Shown here: positions 46,669-56,131 of the stretch, piece after piece
How the letters are laid out: each line of letters begins with the position of its first letter
Numbering within the stretch: the stretch's first letter is position 1
IMG/VR virus record: IMGVR_UViG_3300018426_001942
Span: 1-64,000 of that record
Length of the DNA: 64,000 bases
Source: a virus
Strand: one strand, 5' to 3'
Position numbers and translations under genes: made by a program
The notes under the pieces: generated by a model
Told to the model about the DNA's origin: nothing
Seen by the model: only the letters and a program-made list of their open reading frames with translations
Database searches by the model: none

Positions 46669-47161
46669 ATCTCCAGATCCGTGGTTAGAAAAGGTTGTAG
46701 ATCCTTTTGATTTCGAAAAGCACGATGCCGAACAAATTTCCAAAGAAATGCTTGAAATTATGGAGCAAGAAGGCGGAATAGGATTGAGTGCAAATCAAGT
46801 TGGGTTCAATGGACAAATTTTTGTTATGAAGCCGCATTTGCTAGAAGATAATAGTCCACTTACAATTATTAACCCAAGCATAGAGCAAGTAACAGTAAAC
46901 GCAGAATCTATGCCAGAAGGGTGTTTAAGTCATCCAAATTTGTTTTTAAAGGTTAGTAGACCTAGAGGTATTGTTGTAAAATATCTTGACACACAGCAAA
47001 AAGAATGTATAATAGAATTATACGATATAGATGCAAGATGTTTTTTACATGAATACGATCACTTACAGGGTATCGAATTTACTAGTCGTGTATCTCGCCT
47101 TAAACTTGATATGGCAAGAAAGAAGCAAATAAAATTAAGGAAAAAATATCCACATGGTTGA
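46655..47161 (+). CDS. def: Peptide deformylase
   Basis: GIGLSANQ, EGCLS, HEYDHLQG. Confidence 0.95.
   Translation: MKLIKSPDPWLEKVVDPFDFEKHDAEQISKEMLEIMEQEGGIGLSANQVGFNGQIFVMKPHLLEDNSPLTIINPSIEQVTVNAESMPEGCLSHPNLFLKVSRPRGIVVKYLDTQQKECIIELYDIDARCFLHEYDHLQGIEFTSRVSRLKLDMARKKQIKLRKKYPHG
46986..47013 (+). promoter_or_regulatory. Internal sigma70-type promoter upstream of clpA
   Basis: TTGACA-16nt-TATAAT inside def. Confidence 0.5.
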
Positions 47162-49394
47162 ACCAAGCAAAGAACTACAATTAGTATTTGAAAAAGCAAT
47201 CGCAGATGCTAGAAAACTTCAACACGAGTATGTTACAGTTGAACATATTCTATTCGCTATGCTTTGCGAAGAAAACTTTGAAAACATAGTTACAGGTTAT
47301 GGTGCTGACCCTGCCTTTATAAAATCTAATTTAGAAAATCATTTAAAAACCGCTTTAGATGATATTAAAGTTGACGGAACAAAGCACAAGCCTAAAAAAA
47401 CACAGGCTGTTGAACGTGTTCTAAACAGAGCGTTTACTCAAGTTCTATTTAGCGGTCGTAATCAAATAGAACTAAGCGATGTATTCATTAGTATACTAAA
47501 TGAAAAGAAATCTATTGCTACATATTGGATAGAAAAAGCAGGCATTTCTAAAGACAGATTTGCAGATTACATTTCGAATGAGCATGAAGACTTTGATGAT
47601 GAAGAATTAAGCGGTGCAGCCGCAAAAGCACTTCGTGCATTTACTTCTAATCTAAACGACGAAGTAAGAAAACAACGTGTAGATCCTATTATCGGACGTT
47701 CAGAAGAACTAGATGCTATTGCTCTTGCACTAGGACGCCGTCAAAAAAATAATGTACTTTTAGTTGGTGATCCAGGTGTTGGTAAAACCGCTATTGCAGA
47801 AGGTTTAGCATTTAAAATTGTAAATGACGATGTACCAGAATTCCTAAAAGAGTATGAAGTATACAATCTAGATATTGGTGCTATGCTCGCTGGCTCTAAA
47901 TATCGTGGAGACTTTGAAGAACGTCTAAAGTTAGTCATCAAAGGACTACAGAAAAAAGGCAAAACTGTAATGTTTATCGACGAAGCTCATATGATGAGCG
48001 GAGCAGGAGCAGGCGGGCAAGACAAATCAAACGATTTGGCTAATATGTTAAAGCCAGCACTTGCAAAAGGTAACTTAAAAGTTGTTGCTTCAACTACTTG
48101 GGAAGAATTCCGTAAGAGCTTTGAAAAAGATCGTGCATTGATGCGCCGTTTCCAACGTGTTACAGTTGACGAGCCAAATGCAGAAGTAGCAAAAGATATT
48201 CTACGTGGTATTAAAAAGTACTATGAGGACTATCACAAAACACAAATCACAGAGCAAGCAATTGAAGCTGCTGTAAAATTAAGTGTAAAGTATCAAACAG
48301 ATAAAAAACTTCCTGATAAGGCTATTGACTTAATTGATGTAGCATGTAGTAGATTTAATTTGAAAGATCCTGAAGTTGAAAAACTAGTAACAGAGGAAGA
48401 AATTCAATTTGAACTTGCTAAGATGATTAACATGCCTGTTGAAAATATTGCAGAGAAAGAAACAAGTAATCTAGCACATCTAGAAACCAACATGAAAAAA
48501 GCGGTGTATGGACAAGACGAAGCAATTGATAAAATTGTTGATAAAATTCTTGTTGCACAAGCAGGTCTTAAACCTGACGATAAGCCAATTGGTAGTTTTA
48601 TCTTTATGGGGCCAACCGGTACAGGTAAAACAGAAACAGCCAAGCAACTAGCAGAACAACTAGGTGTAAAACTAGTCCGTTTTGATATGAGTGAATATCA
48701 AGAGAAGCACAGTGTTGCTAAACTAATTGGGTCGCCTCCAGGTTATGTAGGTTACGAAGAAGATGCTGGCCAGTTAATTACAAAACTACAAGAAAATCCA
48801 AACTGTGTGTTACTGTTAGATGAAATCGAAAAGGCACACCCAGATGTTTCACAAATATTACTACAGTTAATGGATAATGGTAAAGTTACAGGTAGTAACA
48901 GTAAAGAAGCAGATGCACGTAATTGTGTTCTTATCCTTACAACTAACCTAGGTGCAAGTGATGCAGAGAAAAATCTAATTGGATTCAACGACGAGTTTGA
49001 ATTAGAATATGAAGATAAAGCACTTAAGAAATTCTTTGCTCCAGAATTCCGTAACAGACTTGATGCAACTATTATATTCAAGAAACTTTCTAAAGAAATT
49101 ATGTTGAAGATAGTTGGTAAGTTCTTAGTTGAACTTAAAGACATGGTAAAAGATAAAGGAGTCAAGATCGAAGTTGATTCTGAAGCATTAGACTATCTTG
49201 TAGATAAAGGTTTCGATCCTAAAATGGGTGCAAGACCGTTAGCAAGAGTAATTGATAATGAAATCAAACGTCCACTATCAAAAGAATTACTCTTTGGTAA
49301 TTTAAAATCTGGCGGTAGTGTAACAATTAAATTCAACGAAGATGATGAAAGCCTATACTTGGAAAGTTTAGGGGAATCACTTGTTGAACTTTGA
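47154..49394 (+). CDS. clpA: ClpA-like AAA+ unfoldase
   Basis: Clp N domain, GDPGVGKT, GPTGTGKT, DMSEYQE, IGF loop (NLIGF), no M domain. Confidence 0.9.
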   Translation: MVEPSKELQLVFEKAIADARKLQHEYVTVEHILFAMLCEENFENIVTGYGADPAFIKSNLENHLKTALDDIKVDGTKHKPKKTQAVERVLNRAFTQVLFSGRNQIELSDVFISILNEKKSIATYWIEKAGISKDRFADYISNEHEDFDDEELSGAAAKALRAFTSNLNDEVRKQRVDPIIGRSEELDAIALALGRRQKNNVLLVGDPGVGKTAIAEGLAFKIVNDDVPEFLKEYEVYNLDIGAMLAGSKYRGDFEERLKLVIKGLQKKGKTVMFIDEAHMMSGAGAGGQDKSNDLANMLKPALAKGNLKVVASTTWEEFRKSFEKDRALMRRFQRVTVDEPNAEVAKDILRGIKKYYEDYHKTQITEQAIEAAVKLSVKYQTDKKLPDKAIDLIDVACSRFNLKDPEVEKLVTEEEIQFELAKMINMPVENIAEKETSNLAHLETNMKKAVYGQDEAIDKIVDKILVAQAGLKPDDKPIGSFIFMGPTGTGKTETAKQLAEQLGVKLVRFDMSEYQEKHSVAKLIGSPPGYVGYEEDAGQLITKLQENPNCVLLLDEIEKAHPDVSQILLQLMDNGKVTGSNSKEADARNCVLILTTNLGASDAEKNLIGFNDEFELEYEDKALKKFFAPEFRNRLDATIIFKKLSKEIMLKIVGKFLVELKDMVKDKGVKIEVDSEALDYLVDKGFDPKMGARPLARVIDNEIKRPLSKELLFGNLKSGGSVTIKFNEDDESLYLESLGESLVEL

Positions 49395-50049
49395 AACTAA
49401 AAAACTTTTCTATAACAAGTACCTGTACAAGCTGGTAATACACAACCAGCTTGCTGTTATTTTTAGAGATAAAAATCTAAATTATGCTCGCAAAGAAATA
49501 GATCTACTACAGCAAATGGTAGACGATAAGCATCAAATTGTTAAAACTTGGGGGTTTAATAGGACAAGTTATATTGACCGTAGGCATTTTGATGATGCAA
49601 AAATCTTACTAAACCTATTTTCGCATTTTGATCACGACGAGTATAAACTACGTATAGAGCGCAATGATATGTGCTTATATACTAACAGTAATAGTGTTAT
49701 TAATAATGTTTGTAGTAAAATCACGATAGACGAACTATGGCAACCAAATTTAAAGCACTTAAACTTGCTTGAAAAAAATGTTTTATTAGTCAACGGACCG
49801 TTTGATTACGAATATAAAGTTTATTTTAATGCAAGAACTATAGATGAGAACTTTCATAATTGGATTACACGCAACTCGGACAAAGTAAAAATTGGTAGAA
49901 TAGCGTTAGAAGAAGTAAAAAAGGGATTTGCCCCCAACTTGTATATGTATGTTAGAGATGAAAAAGTTTTACAACTTATCAGTCTACTTGTTGGACATAA
50001 TTTCCAATCTGTCCAAAGAGTTATCAGTACGCAAAATATAGATAAATAA
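49381..50049 (+). CDS. Hypothetical protein
   Basis: 222-aa ORF, TTG start. Confidence 0.6.
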   Translation: MLNFETKKLFYNKYLYKLVIHNQLAVIFRDKNLNYARKEIDLLQQMVDDKHQIVKTWGFNRTSYIDRRHFDDAKILLNLFSHFDHDEYKLRIERNDMCLYTNSNSVINNVCSKITIDELWQPNLKHLNLLEKNVLLVNGPFDYEYKVYFNARTIDENFHNWITRNSDKVKIGRIALEEVKKGFAPNLYMYVRDEKVLQLISLLVGHNFQSVQRVISTQNIDK

Positions 50050-50053
50050 CTAT

Positions 50054-50419
50054 ATGCCGAGCAATAGTGAAACAATTTTATCAACACAAACACACGTAGG
50101 GGATAGTAGCGTACAGACCCATACTGGTGACAAATATAAAGGGGACGGTTACTATAGTCGTAGTGATGGTCTTCACACTGTACAATATACAGTGAGCGGG
50201 TTCCAAGGAACTATACAAATGCAGGGTACACTTGCTGTTGATCCTGGCGCAGATGATTGGTTTACTATTTCAAATACAGAACTTACTAGCACCGACGATA
50301 GCGGTGTTTATAATACAGGCTCACACATATATAACTTTACAGGCAACTATGTTTGGGTAAGAGCTTATGTTAGTAATTGGACTGATGGCACTGTAAATAG
50401 TATTAATTTAAATCATTAA
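50054..50419 (+). CDS. Hypothetical beta-rich late protein
   Basis: ATAAATA 5 nt upstream of ATG. Confidence 0.7.
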   Translation: MPSNSETILSTQTHVGDSSVQTHTGDKYKGDGYYSRSDGLHTVQYTVSGFQGTIQMQGTLAVDPGADDWFTISNTELTSTDDSGVYNTGSHIYNFTGNYVWVRAYVSNWTDGTVNSINLNH

Positions 50420-50428
50420 GGTAACAAC

Positions 50429-50992
50429 ATGGAACATTTTGTAAGAATAGTAATGGAAAAACAAGAAGTTAATAGATTAGACGAGTCTATTTTTCCTAGT
50501 CAAGAGATATACGAAAGTGAGCAAGGTGCTACAGTAATTGAAATTCCCTTACCAAGATTGCTAGAAGAAGATGAAGCAGACGAGTATGCTAATAGACTAG
50601 CAAATCTTATGTTCAGTGAAGGGTATGAAGATTTTGATATTGAAATATCTACTGATGGTGATGCTGTTGTTACAGAAGAAACATATGACGGTGATGACTT
50701 TTTTGAAGAATATGGCGTTATGTGGTATAATGATGACGATATTATTGACGAAGCAGAATATCAAGGACGTAAGGTTCCGCTAGGCAAGCCAATGCGTGGT
50801 GATGTTAAGAAGTTCAAAGTATATGTTAAGGACCCAAAGACCAAGAATGTAAAGAAAGTTAATTTTGGCGATCCTAACATGAAGATTAAAAAGTCAAATC
50901 CAGCACGTAGACGTTCATTCCGTGCTAGACACAACTGTGATAACCCGGGTCCAAGAACTAAGGCACGTTACTGGTCATGTAGGAAGTGGTAA
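50429..50992 (+). CDS. Putative internal head protein: acidic N-part, basic C-module
   Basis: Acidic to IIDE, then basic AEYQGRKV...RRSFRARHNC...ARYWSCRKW. Confidence 0.6.
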   Translation: MEHFVRIVMEKQEVNRLDESIFPSQEIYESEQGATVIEIPLPRLLEEDEADEYANRLANLMFSEGYEDFDIEISTDGDAVVTEETYDGDDFFEEYGVMWYNDDDIIDEAEYQGRKVPLGKPMRGDVKKFKVYVKDPKTKNVKKVNFGDPNMKIKKSNPARRRSFRARHNCDNPGPRTKARYWSCRKW

Positions 50993-50993
50993 T

Positions 50994-51323
50994 ATGAAAC
51001 TTTTTGAACTAGATAAAAAAGACGAATTTACTTTACCATATGACGTTGCACAAGATTGCCAATGTTATATGAAAAACGACCCCATGTTTTACAGAAAAGA
51101 ATACTATCCTGTAATGTCATTACTTTCAGATAAGTTTAGAGCTGGTGAAGATATTAATTTTAATGAAGCTCTTTTGCCTTTAGTAAAATCAGCAATGGAA
51201 TCATACTGTAAAAAGTATGATTTAGATCCTCCACAAAGTGTGTTTACTGATGTAGATCAAGAGTCAATTATCGAACGTATTAAGTCTGAGGAAATTAAGA
51301 ACATAGAAGAAGGGGAATACTAA
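50994..51323 (+). CDS. Hypothetical protein (putative head-associated)
   Basis: Start MKLFE. Confidence 0.6.
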   Translation: MKLFELDKKDEFTLPYDVAQDCQCYMKNDPMFYRKEYYPVMSLLSDKFRAGEDINFNEALLPLVKSAMESYCKKYDLDPPQSVFTDVDQESIIERIKSEEIKNIEEGEY

Positions 51324-52402
51324 TGTTTCTCCGAGAACTGTTTGAAGCACCAGCAAAAAAGGCAGTTCTTGCTTTTGGTCGACTTAATCCTCCAACAATT
51401 GGTCATAGCAAACTTGTGGATCAAATAAAAAAGCACGACGGCGATCATTATTTGTTCTTGTCGCAAACACAAAAGCCAAAAACAGATCCATTAGATTTTG
51501 CTACTAAATTAAAGTTTGCCAAAAAGTTTTTTCCTGGTATTAATGTAGGGCACCAAAGTGTTCGTACACCAGTGCAAGCATTAGAAATGCTCCAAGGTTT
51601 AGGATATACTGATCTTATATTTGTTGCAGGTAGCGACAGAGTAGAAGGCTTCCAAACTATGTTCGATACATACAATGGCAAGCCAGATAAATCAGGCAAA
51701 ATACCATTTGAATTTAACACACTGAAAGTTGTAAGTGCAGGAGCACGTGACCCAGATGCAGAAGGTGCCGAAGGAATGAGTGCAAGCAAGATGAGACTTG
51801 CTGCCGCTGAGGGTAATCTAGAAGCATTTACACAAGGTGTACCAGATCCTAAACTAGCACAAACAATGTACGATGCTGTGCGTAACGGTATGGGTATCAA
51901 AGATAAAGAGCCAGCAACAGAAGGCATACGTCCTGAAAAACCTAACAAAAGCTCAGAAGAACTTATAGCAATGGGTTATGATCCAGATTCAGACAAAGTA
52001 CAAAGTGCTCGAGAATATGAAGACTGGGTCGACGATCAACGTGCTAAAGGTAAAGATATAGACGAAGGTGATTTAGTTGTTAATAAAGCATCATTAAGAT
52101 CATTTCTTACTAAAATGATACAAGACGCTATTGAAAAAGAAGAAGATATAGATAAACTATCACGTGTTCTTAAAATGCTTGTAGGTAAAGAAATTAAAAC
52201 TAGAGGTGATAGAGCATATACTATTACTGATGAAGATATAAATGAAATACTAGGTTTTGTTACAAAGACACCTAAACGTACAACTGTAACAAAGAAAAGA
52301 CCACCAGAAGAAGATTCTGTTAAAGATAAAATAGCCGCTAGAAGAAAGGCAGCCGCTAAAGGAGATAAAGACGCATGGACATCGAAGTTCTCAAAAAGTT
52401 AG
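51323..52402 (+). CDS. Cytidyltransferase-like (HxGH superfamily) domain protein with appended modules
   Basis: FGRLNPPTIGH, AGSDRV, MSASKMR. Confidence 0.8.
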   Translation: MFLRELFEAPAKKAVLAFGRLNPPTIGHSKLVDQIKKHDGDHYLFLSQTQKPKTDPLDFATKLKFAKKFFPGINVGHQSVRTPVQALEMLQGLGYTDLIFVAGSDRVEGFQTMFDTYNGKPDKSGKIPFEFNTLKVVSAGARDPDAEGAEGMSASKMRLAAAEGNLEAFTQGVPDPKLAQTMYDAVRNGMGIKDKEPATEGIRPEKPNKSSEELIAMGYDPDSDKVQSAREYEDWVDDQRAKGKDIDEGDLVVNKASLRSFLTKMIQDAIEKEEDIDKLSRVLKMLVGKEIKTRGDRAYTITDEDINEILGFVTKTPKRTTVTKKRPPEEDSVKDKIAARRKAAAKGDKDAWTSKFSKS

Positions 52403-52590
52403 CAGGCATAAACGAATTCAAAGGCTACTCAGAATACAAGATAGATGAAAATCCATCTATCACAGCCGCAGAACTAAAAAAGAAAGAAAAGAAACTAGGT
52501 GTAAAACCTGGTGATGCAGAATGGTTTAAGTTATGGTTTTCAAAACCGTACATGACTGGACCAGTACAATTCAGAGGACGCAAGAAATGA
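52375..52590 (+). CDS. Hypothetical protein
   Basis: GGAG RBS; LKKLAGINE; PG..EWFKLWFS. Confidence 0.6.
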   Translation: MDIEVLKKLAGINEFKGYSEYKIDENPSITAAELKKKEKKLGVKPGDAEWFKLWFSKPYMTGPVQFRGRKK

Positions 52591-54158
52591 AGTTTAAAGA
52601 ACTTGCAGAAGATGGTAGAATTGTAAAAGGTGTAAACACTACAGTAGATGTGGATGTAAATCAAATACCTAAAGAAGCAGGAAAGTTTGGTAACAAGGTT
52701 GACAAGGGTGGCAATCCTCCTACACTTAGTAGTAAAGTAAAAGGTAAGTCAACTAATGTACTATTTAATTTAGGACTTGCCGAAGGCAAGTATGCTGACA
52801 TACATGATGTTAAAGACTTTGACCCAGATAACTTAGAAGTATGGGTTAAAGGCGTAGGTGTATATACACTAAATGGTCTTAAAAATAGATTAAAACAAAG
52901 ACTAGAAGGTTTTATTGATAACTTAGATTACAATGCAGACGGTGTAGAAAAAGTTCTAAGTGGTACAGGCTATGATGCCTTTATGAGTATGCTTAAAGGT
53001 TATAACGAAGTAATTGCAGCATTAGAAACTCCGCAAATGAAGCGTAAGAAAACCATTGCAAAGCGTAAAGCAAAGTACAGCGAAGGAAAAGCAATACCTA
53101 ACCCTAAGAACACATTCTTAGCAAAGTCTGACACAGCATATGATCACTATAAAATTGGTACAAATTTAGCAAATCTAAAGTCAATGCCAGCAGGTTCTAA
53201 TGTAGACGAACCTGATGTTGTTATTGCACCGTATGCTGGCGAAAAAGAAACGAAGTATCTAATGAAGCAACTTGCACGTATAGGATACGATGTTCAAGAT
53301 GCGTCTGGTTATCAAGATGCACATTTTGATGATGAGCCTACAGGTGGTGAAGCACCTCCACAAATAAAGAATCAAGGCAAACTAGGTAAAATTAAAGTTA
53401 GTAAACTTAAAAGTGTACAAAGAAACAGAGATTTACGTAAGTTAGAAAAACAACTAAGTAAGGTTAAAGACGGTAACTATAGTCCATTAACTATTGATCC
53501 TAAAGGACGTATAGTAAACGGACATCATAGATTTGATGCACTAAGACTTATGGGCGAAGAATTTGCAACTGTTAGGATGATTGACACTTCATTAGAAGAA
53601 ATGATAGCAGAAAACTTTGTAAAACCACAACTAGATGTAGAATGGGACGAAGCAGAGCGTTATCCTGAGTTTCGCAAGATTGGAAAACAAGCATGGATAG
53701 AACTTGCAAAAAAGGGTAAAGAAATAACTATTACAGATGCAAGTGATATCAACAATACAGATGCCGCAGATATTAATTCATTTAAAAGTTTAGATAAAAA
53801 CAAACAAAAAAGAGCGTTAGCACAATTAGAAAAAGGTTCAGTTGAAATGCCTATTGTTGCTGTTTACAGCGACGGTTATAAAGAATTAATTGGCGGAAAC
53901 ACAAGACTTACAGCAATGATGGCAAAAGACGGTAAAGCAACTGTATGGCAATTTGAAGTACCAGATGAAGTTGCCGAACTTGCAGAAAACTTTGCAGACG
54001 GTAAAGTGAAAGGCAAGAGTCGCCCAGGCAGAGTCAAAAAGGCAGGTGCTAGTTGTAGCGGAAGTGTAACTAGTTTACGTAAAAAAGCAAAAAAGTATAG
54101 TGGTGAACGAGGTAAGATGTATCACTGGTGTGCAAACATGAAGGGTGGTAAAAAATGA
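52587..54158 (+). CDS. Modular protein with two ParB/Srx-like domains
   Basis: Start MKFKELAE; PLTID...IVNGHHRFDAL and PIVA...LIGGNTRLTA. Confidence 0.65.
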   Translation: MKFKELAEDGRIVKGVNTTVDVDVNQIPKEAGKFGNKVDKGGNPPTLSSKVKGKSTNVLFNLGLAEGKYADIHDVKDFDPDNLEVWVKGVGVYTLNGLKNRLKQRLEGFIDNLDYNADGVEKVLSGTGYDAFMSMLKGYNEVIAALETPQMKRKKTIAKRKAKYSEGKAIPNPKNTFLAKSDTAYDHYKIGTNLANLKSMPAGSNVDEPDVVIAPYAGEKETKYLMKQLARIGYDVQDASGYQDAHFDDEPTGGEAPPQIKNQGKLGKIKVSKLKSVQRNRDLRKLEKQLSKVKDGNYSPLTIDPKGRIVNGHHRFDALRLMGEEFATVRMIDTSLEEMIAENFVKPQLDVEWDEAERYPEFRKIGKQAWIELAKKGKEITITDASDINNTDAADINSFKSLDKNKQKRALAQLEKGSVEMPIVAVYSDGYKELIGGNTRLTAMMAKDGKATVWQFEVPDEVAELAENFADGKVKGKSRPGRVKKAGASCSGSVTSLRKKAKKYSGERGKMYHWCANMKGGKK

Positions 54159-54373
54159 AAATAAAAGATATTACAGAAGCCGCTAGTGCAGGTGCAAGTT
54201 CAGCAGGTAGTATTGCAAGTGTCGTAAATCCTACATATGCATATGCAAAAGGAAAGAAAAAAGGCAAATACGGTGCTCCTGAAGCGCCGCAAGCAAAGAA
54301 TTCAGACGGAACAGCAAAAAATGCACTTGATATCAAAAACAATTTGATGGGCGGCAAAGTAGCAAAGAGATAA
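54155..54373 (+). CDS. Small putative internal head protein
   Basis: Start MKIKDITE then ASAGASSAGSIA. Confidence 0.6.
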   Translation: MKIKDITEAASAGASSAGSIASVVNPTYAYAKGKKKGKYGAPEAPQAKNSDGTAKNALDIKNNLMGGKVAKR

Positions 54374-54395
54374 ATATACTTAGTAGGAGTTACTA

Positions 54396-55235
54396 ATGAG
54401 AGAAGCAGAACTAAAAAATAAAGACCAACTTGTAAAAGAAGGATTAGCTGATCTTGCAGACAGAGCAGAGAAAGATCACGAAGTACAAATGGCACGTGCC
54501 GAGTTGTACAAAGCCGCTAAGTATTCAATTAAGTTACATGAGATGCTCAAAGGTGTAAGCGAAGCTGAAGGGCTAGAAGGTTGGGTACAATCTAAAATCA
54601 CTAAAGCTGCAGATTATCTAAGTTCTGTATATCATCATCTCGACTATCAAGAAGCACAAGACGATATGGCTCCTATCGGCGAAGGCAAAGATACTTATTG
54701 TTCAGACAAGTGCTGTGGTTCTGATGTTAAAGCTGAAGATTGCACATGTCCTCCAACATGTAAGTATTGTAATTGTAATGCTGTAAGCGAAGGCAAAGGC
54801 AAAAGCAACAAACAAAAGGCTGCTATTGCTATTGCTAAGAAAGAAAAAGGCTATAAAGAGTCTTTATCAGATAAACTTTCAGAAAATTTAAGTCAAAAAA
54901 AAAGTTTAGTAGAAAAAGCTAAATCACAAGCACAACAAAAATTTATGGGTATGGTTTACTCCGCTAAAAAAGGAGAAGAGCCAGCAAGTCCAGAAGTTGC
55001 AAAAGTAGCAAAAGACATTAGTAAGAAAGATGCTAAAGATTTTGCCGCAACAAAGCATAAGGGTTTACCAAAGAAAGTTGAAAACTTATGTTCAGATTGC
55101 GGATACCCAAACTGGCGTAACGTAAAAGAAGAAAAGCAAAAAGGTGTTGACGGTAAAGTATGCTGGAAAGGCTACAAGCGTATGGGCACCAAGAAAAAAG
55201 GCGGTAAGACCGTTGATAACTGTGTAAAGATGTAG
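54396..55235 (+). CDS. Modular basic/Cys-rich putative internal head protein
   Basis: LEGWVQSKITKA, Cys-rich block, FAATKHKGLP, CWKGYK...NCVK modules. Confidence 0.65.
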   Translation: MREAELKNKDQLVKEGLADLADRAEKDHEVQMARAELYKAAKYSIKLHEMLKGVSEAEGLEGWVQSKITKAADYLSSVYHHLDYQEAQDDMAPIGEGKDTYCSDKCCGSDVKAEDCTCPPTCKYCNCNAVSEGKGKSNKQKAAIAIAKKEKGYKESLSDKLSENLSQKKSLVEKAKSQAQQKFMGMVYSAKKGEEPASPEVAKVAKDISKKDAKDFAATKHKGLPKKVENLCSDCGYPNWRNVKEEKQKGVDGKVCWKGYKRMGTKKKGGKTVDNCVKM

Positions 55236-55237
55236 TT

Positions 55238-56080
55238 ATGGATTTTCATAAACTTCAACATACATTATTTAATATAGAACCAACTAACCCTGCAGAAGAT
55301 CTTGCTAAGTTACAAGCACAAGCAAATGATTCTTTGCCGCAGAAAAGTGTGGAAAATACCAAAAATTACGTGCAGGAAAGTGTGGAAGTTCCAGAAGGAA
55401 CTATGCCTGTTGACAGAGAATACAGTATAAGTGACTTTGCTAAACTAGCAGGTGTTACTCTTACAGAAGGACAAAAGAAAGGTAGTGCAGGCCAACTTAA
55501 AGGCAAAGATGCATTTACAAAAAGCTCTAAGCCGGGTGGTAACGAAAGTCCACATCCTGCTAGAAATAAACTAGTAGGTGATAGTTTAGACAATAACATA
55601 GAAGAAGGCCCATTAGATGCTTTCCAGCAAGGTTACAAATCAGTACAACCTGGTGGAGCACTAGGTCCAGACGCACTAACTAAGGGTATTAGTAATGTGT
55701 TTACAGGTAAAGGTAAAAAAGATCCTAAACCTAAAACAACAAAAACAGTAGTAAAGAAGCAAAGTTATTTTAACAAAGAATTAGACAAATATTCGGATAC
55801 ACTAAACAAAATTTTAGCAGATCCGATGTTAAAGAAAGAACTATTAGATTTAATTAAAAAGGCAGAAACTAAAAAAGAGGCAAAGAAAAATAAGAAACCA
55901 GTTATAAAGGCTAGAGATCCTAATTGGCGTGATATGGAAGCATTACGTAAAAGTGGTGCAGCTGGATCACACGGTGACAAAACCAAAGTCATTCCTCGCA
56001 AAGAGAAATACAAGAAAGACTTTTCTCAAGAATCTATCAAAGAAATGCTTTATCGCAAATTAGCCGAAAAAAGCTCTTGA
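55238..56080 (+). CDS. Modular putative internal head protein
   Basis: FAKLAGV motif; basic modules bounded by Glu sites. Confidence 0.6.
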   Translation: MDFHKLQHTLFNIEPTNPAEDLAKLQAQANDSLPQKSVENTKNYVQESVEVPEGTMPVDREYSISDFAKLAGVTLTEGQKKGSAGQLKGKDAFTKSSKPGGNESPHPARNKLVGDSLDNNIEEGPLDAFQQGYKSVQPGGALGPDALTKGISNVFTGKGKKDPKPKTTKTVVKKQSYFNKELDKYSDTLNKILADPMLKKELLDLIKKAETKKEAKKNKKPVIKARDPNWRDMEALRKSGAAGSHGDKTKVIPRKEKYKKDFSQESIKEMLYRKLAEKSS

Positions 56081-56105
56081 CAAGACCTCAATAATATAAT
56101 ATAAT
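56077..56105 (+). promoter_or_regulatory. Consensus sigma70 promoter for replication operon
   Basis: TTGACA-17nt-TATAAT. Confidence 0.8.
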
Positions 56106-56131
56106 AGTGTTTAAATTTAAAGGAGATCCTT

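Larger units (their letters stand above)
790..54376. promoter_or_regulatory. Dispersed T4-like late promoter motif (A/G)TAAATA
   Basis: Plus strand at 790, 1512, 2101, 3024, 12523, 29773, 30499, 33885, 35328, 40381, 43564, 44496, 45121, 50042, 54370; minus strand at 2094, 2992, 29758, 40329; all at gene junctions; resembles T4 gp55 TATAAATA. Confidence 0.75.

Noticed and set aside
36180-49394. Bacterial chromosome origin suggested by iscU, clpA, def, ACP and ferredoxin
   Set aside because: Interleaved with phage clamp loader, endolysin/spanins and late promoter motifs, so best read as phage auxiliary genes
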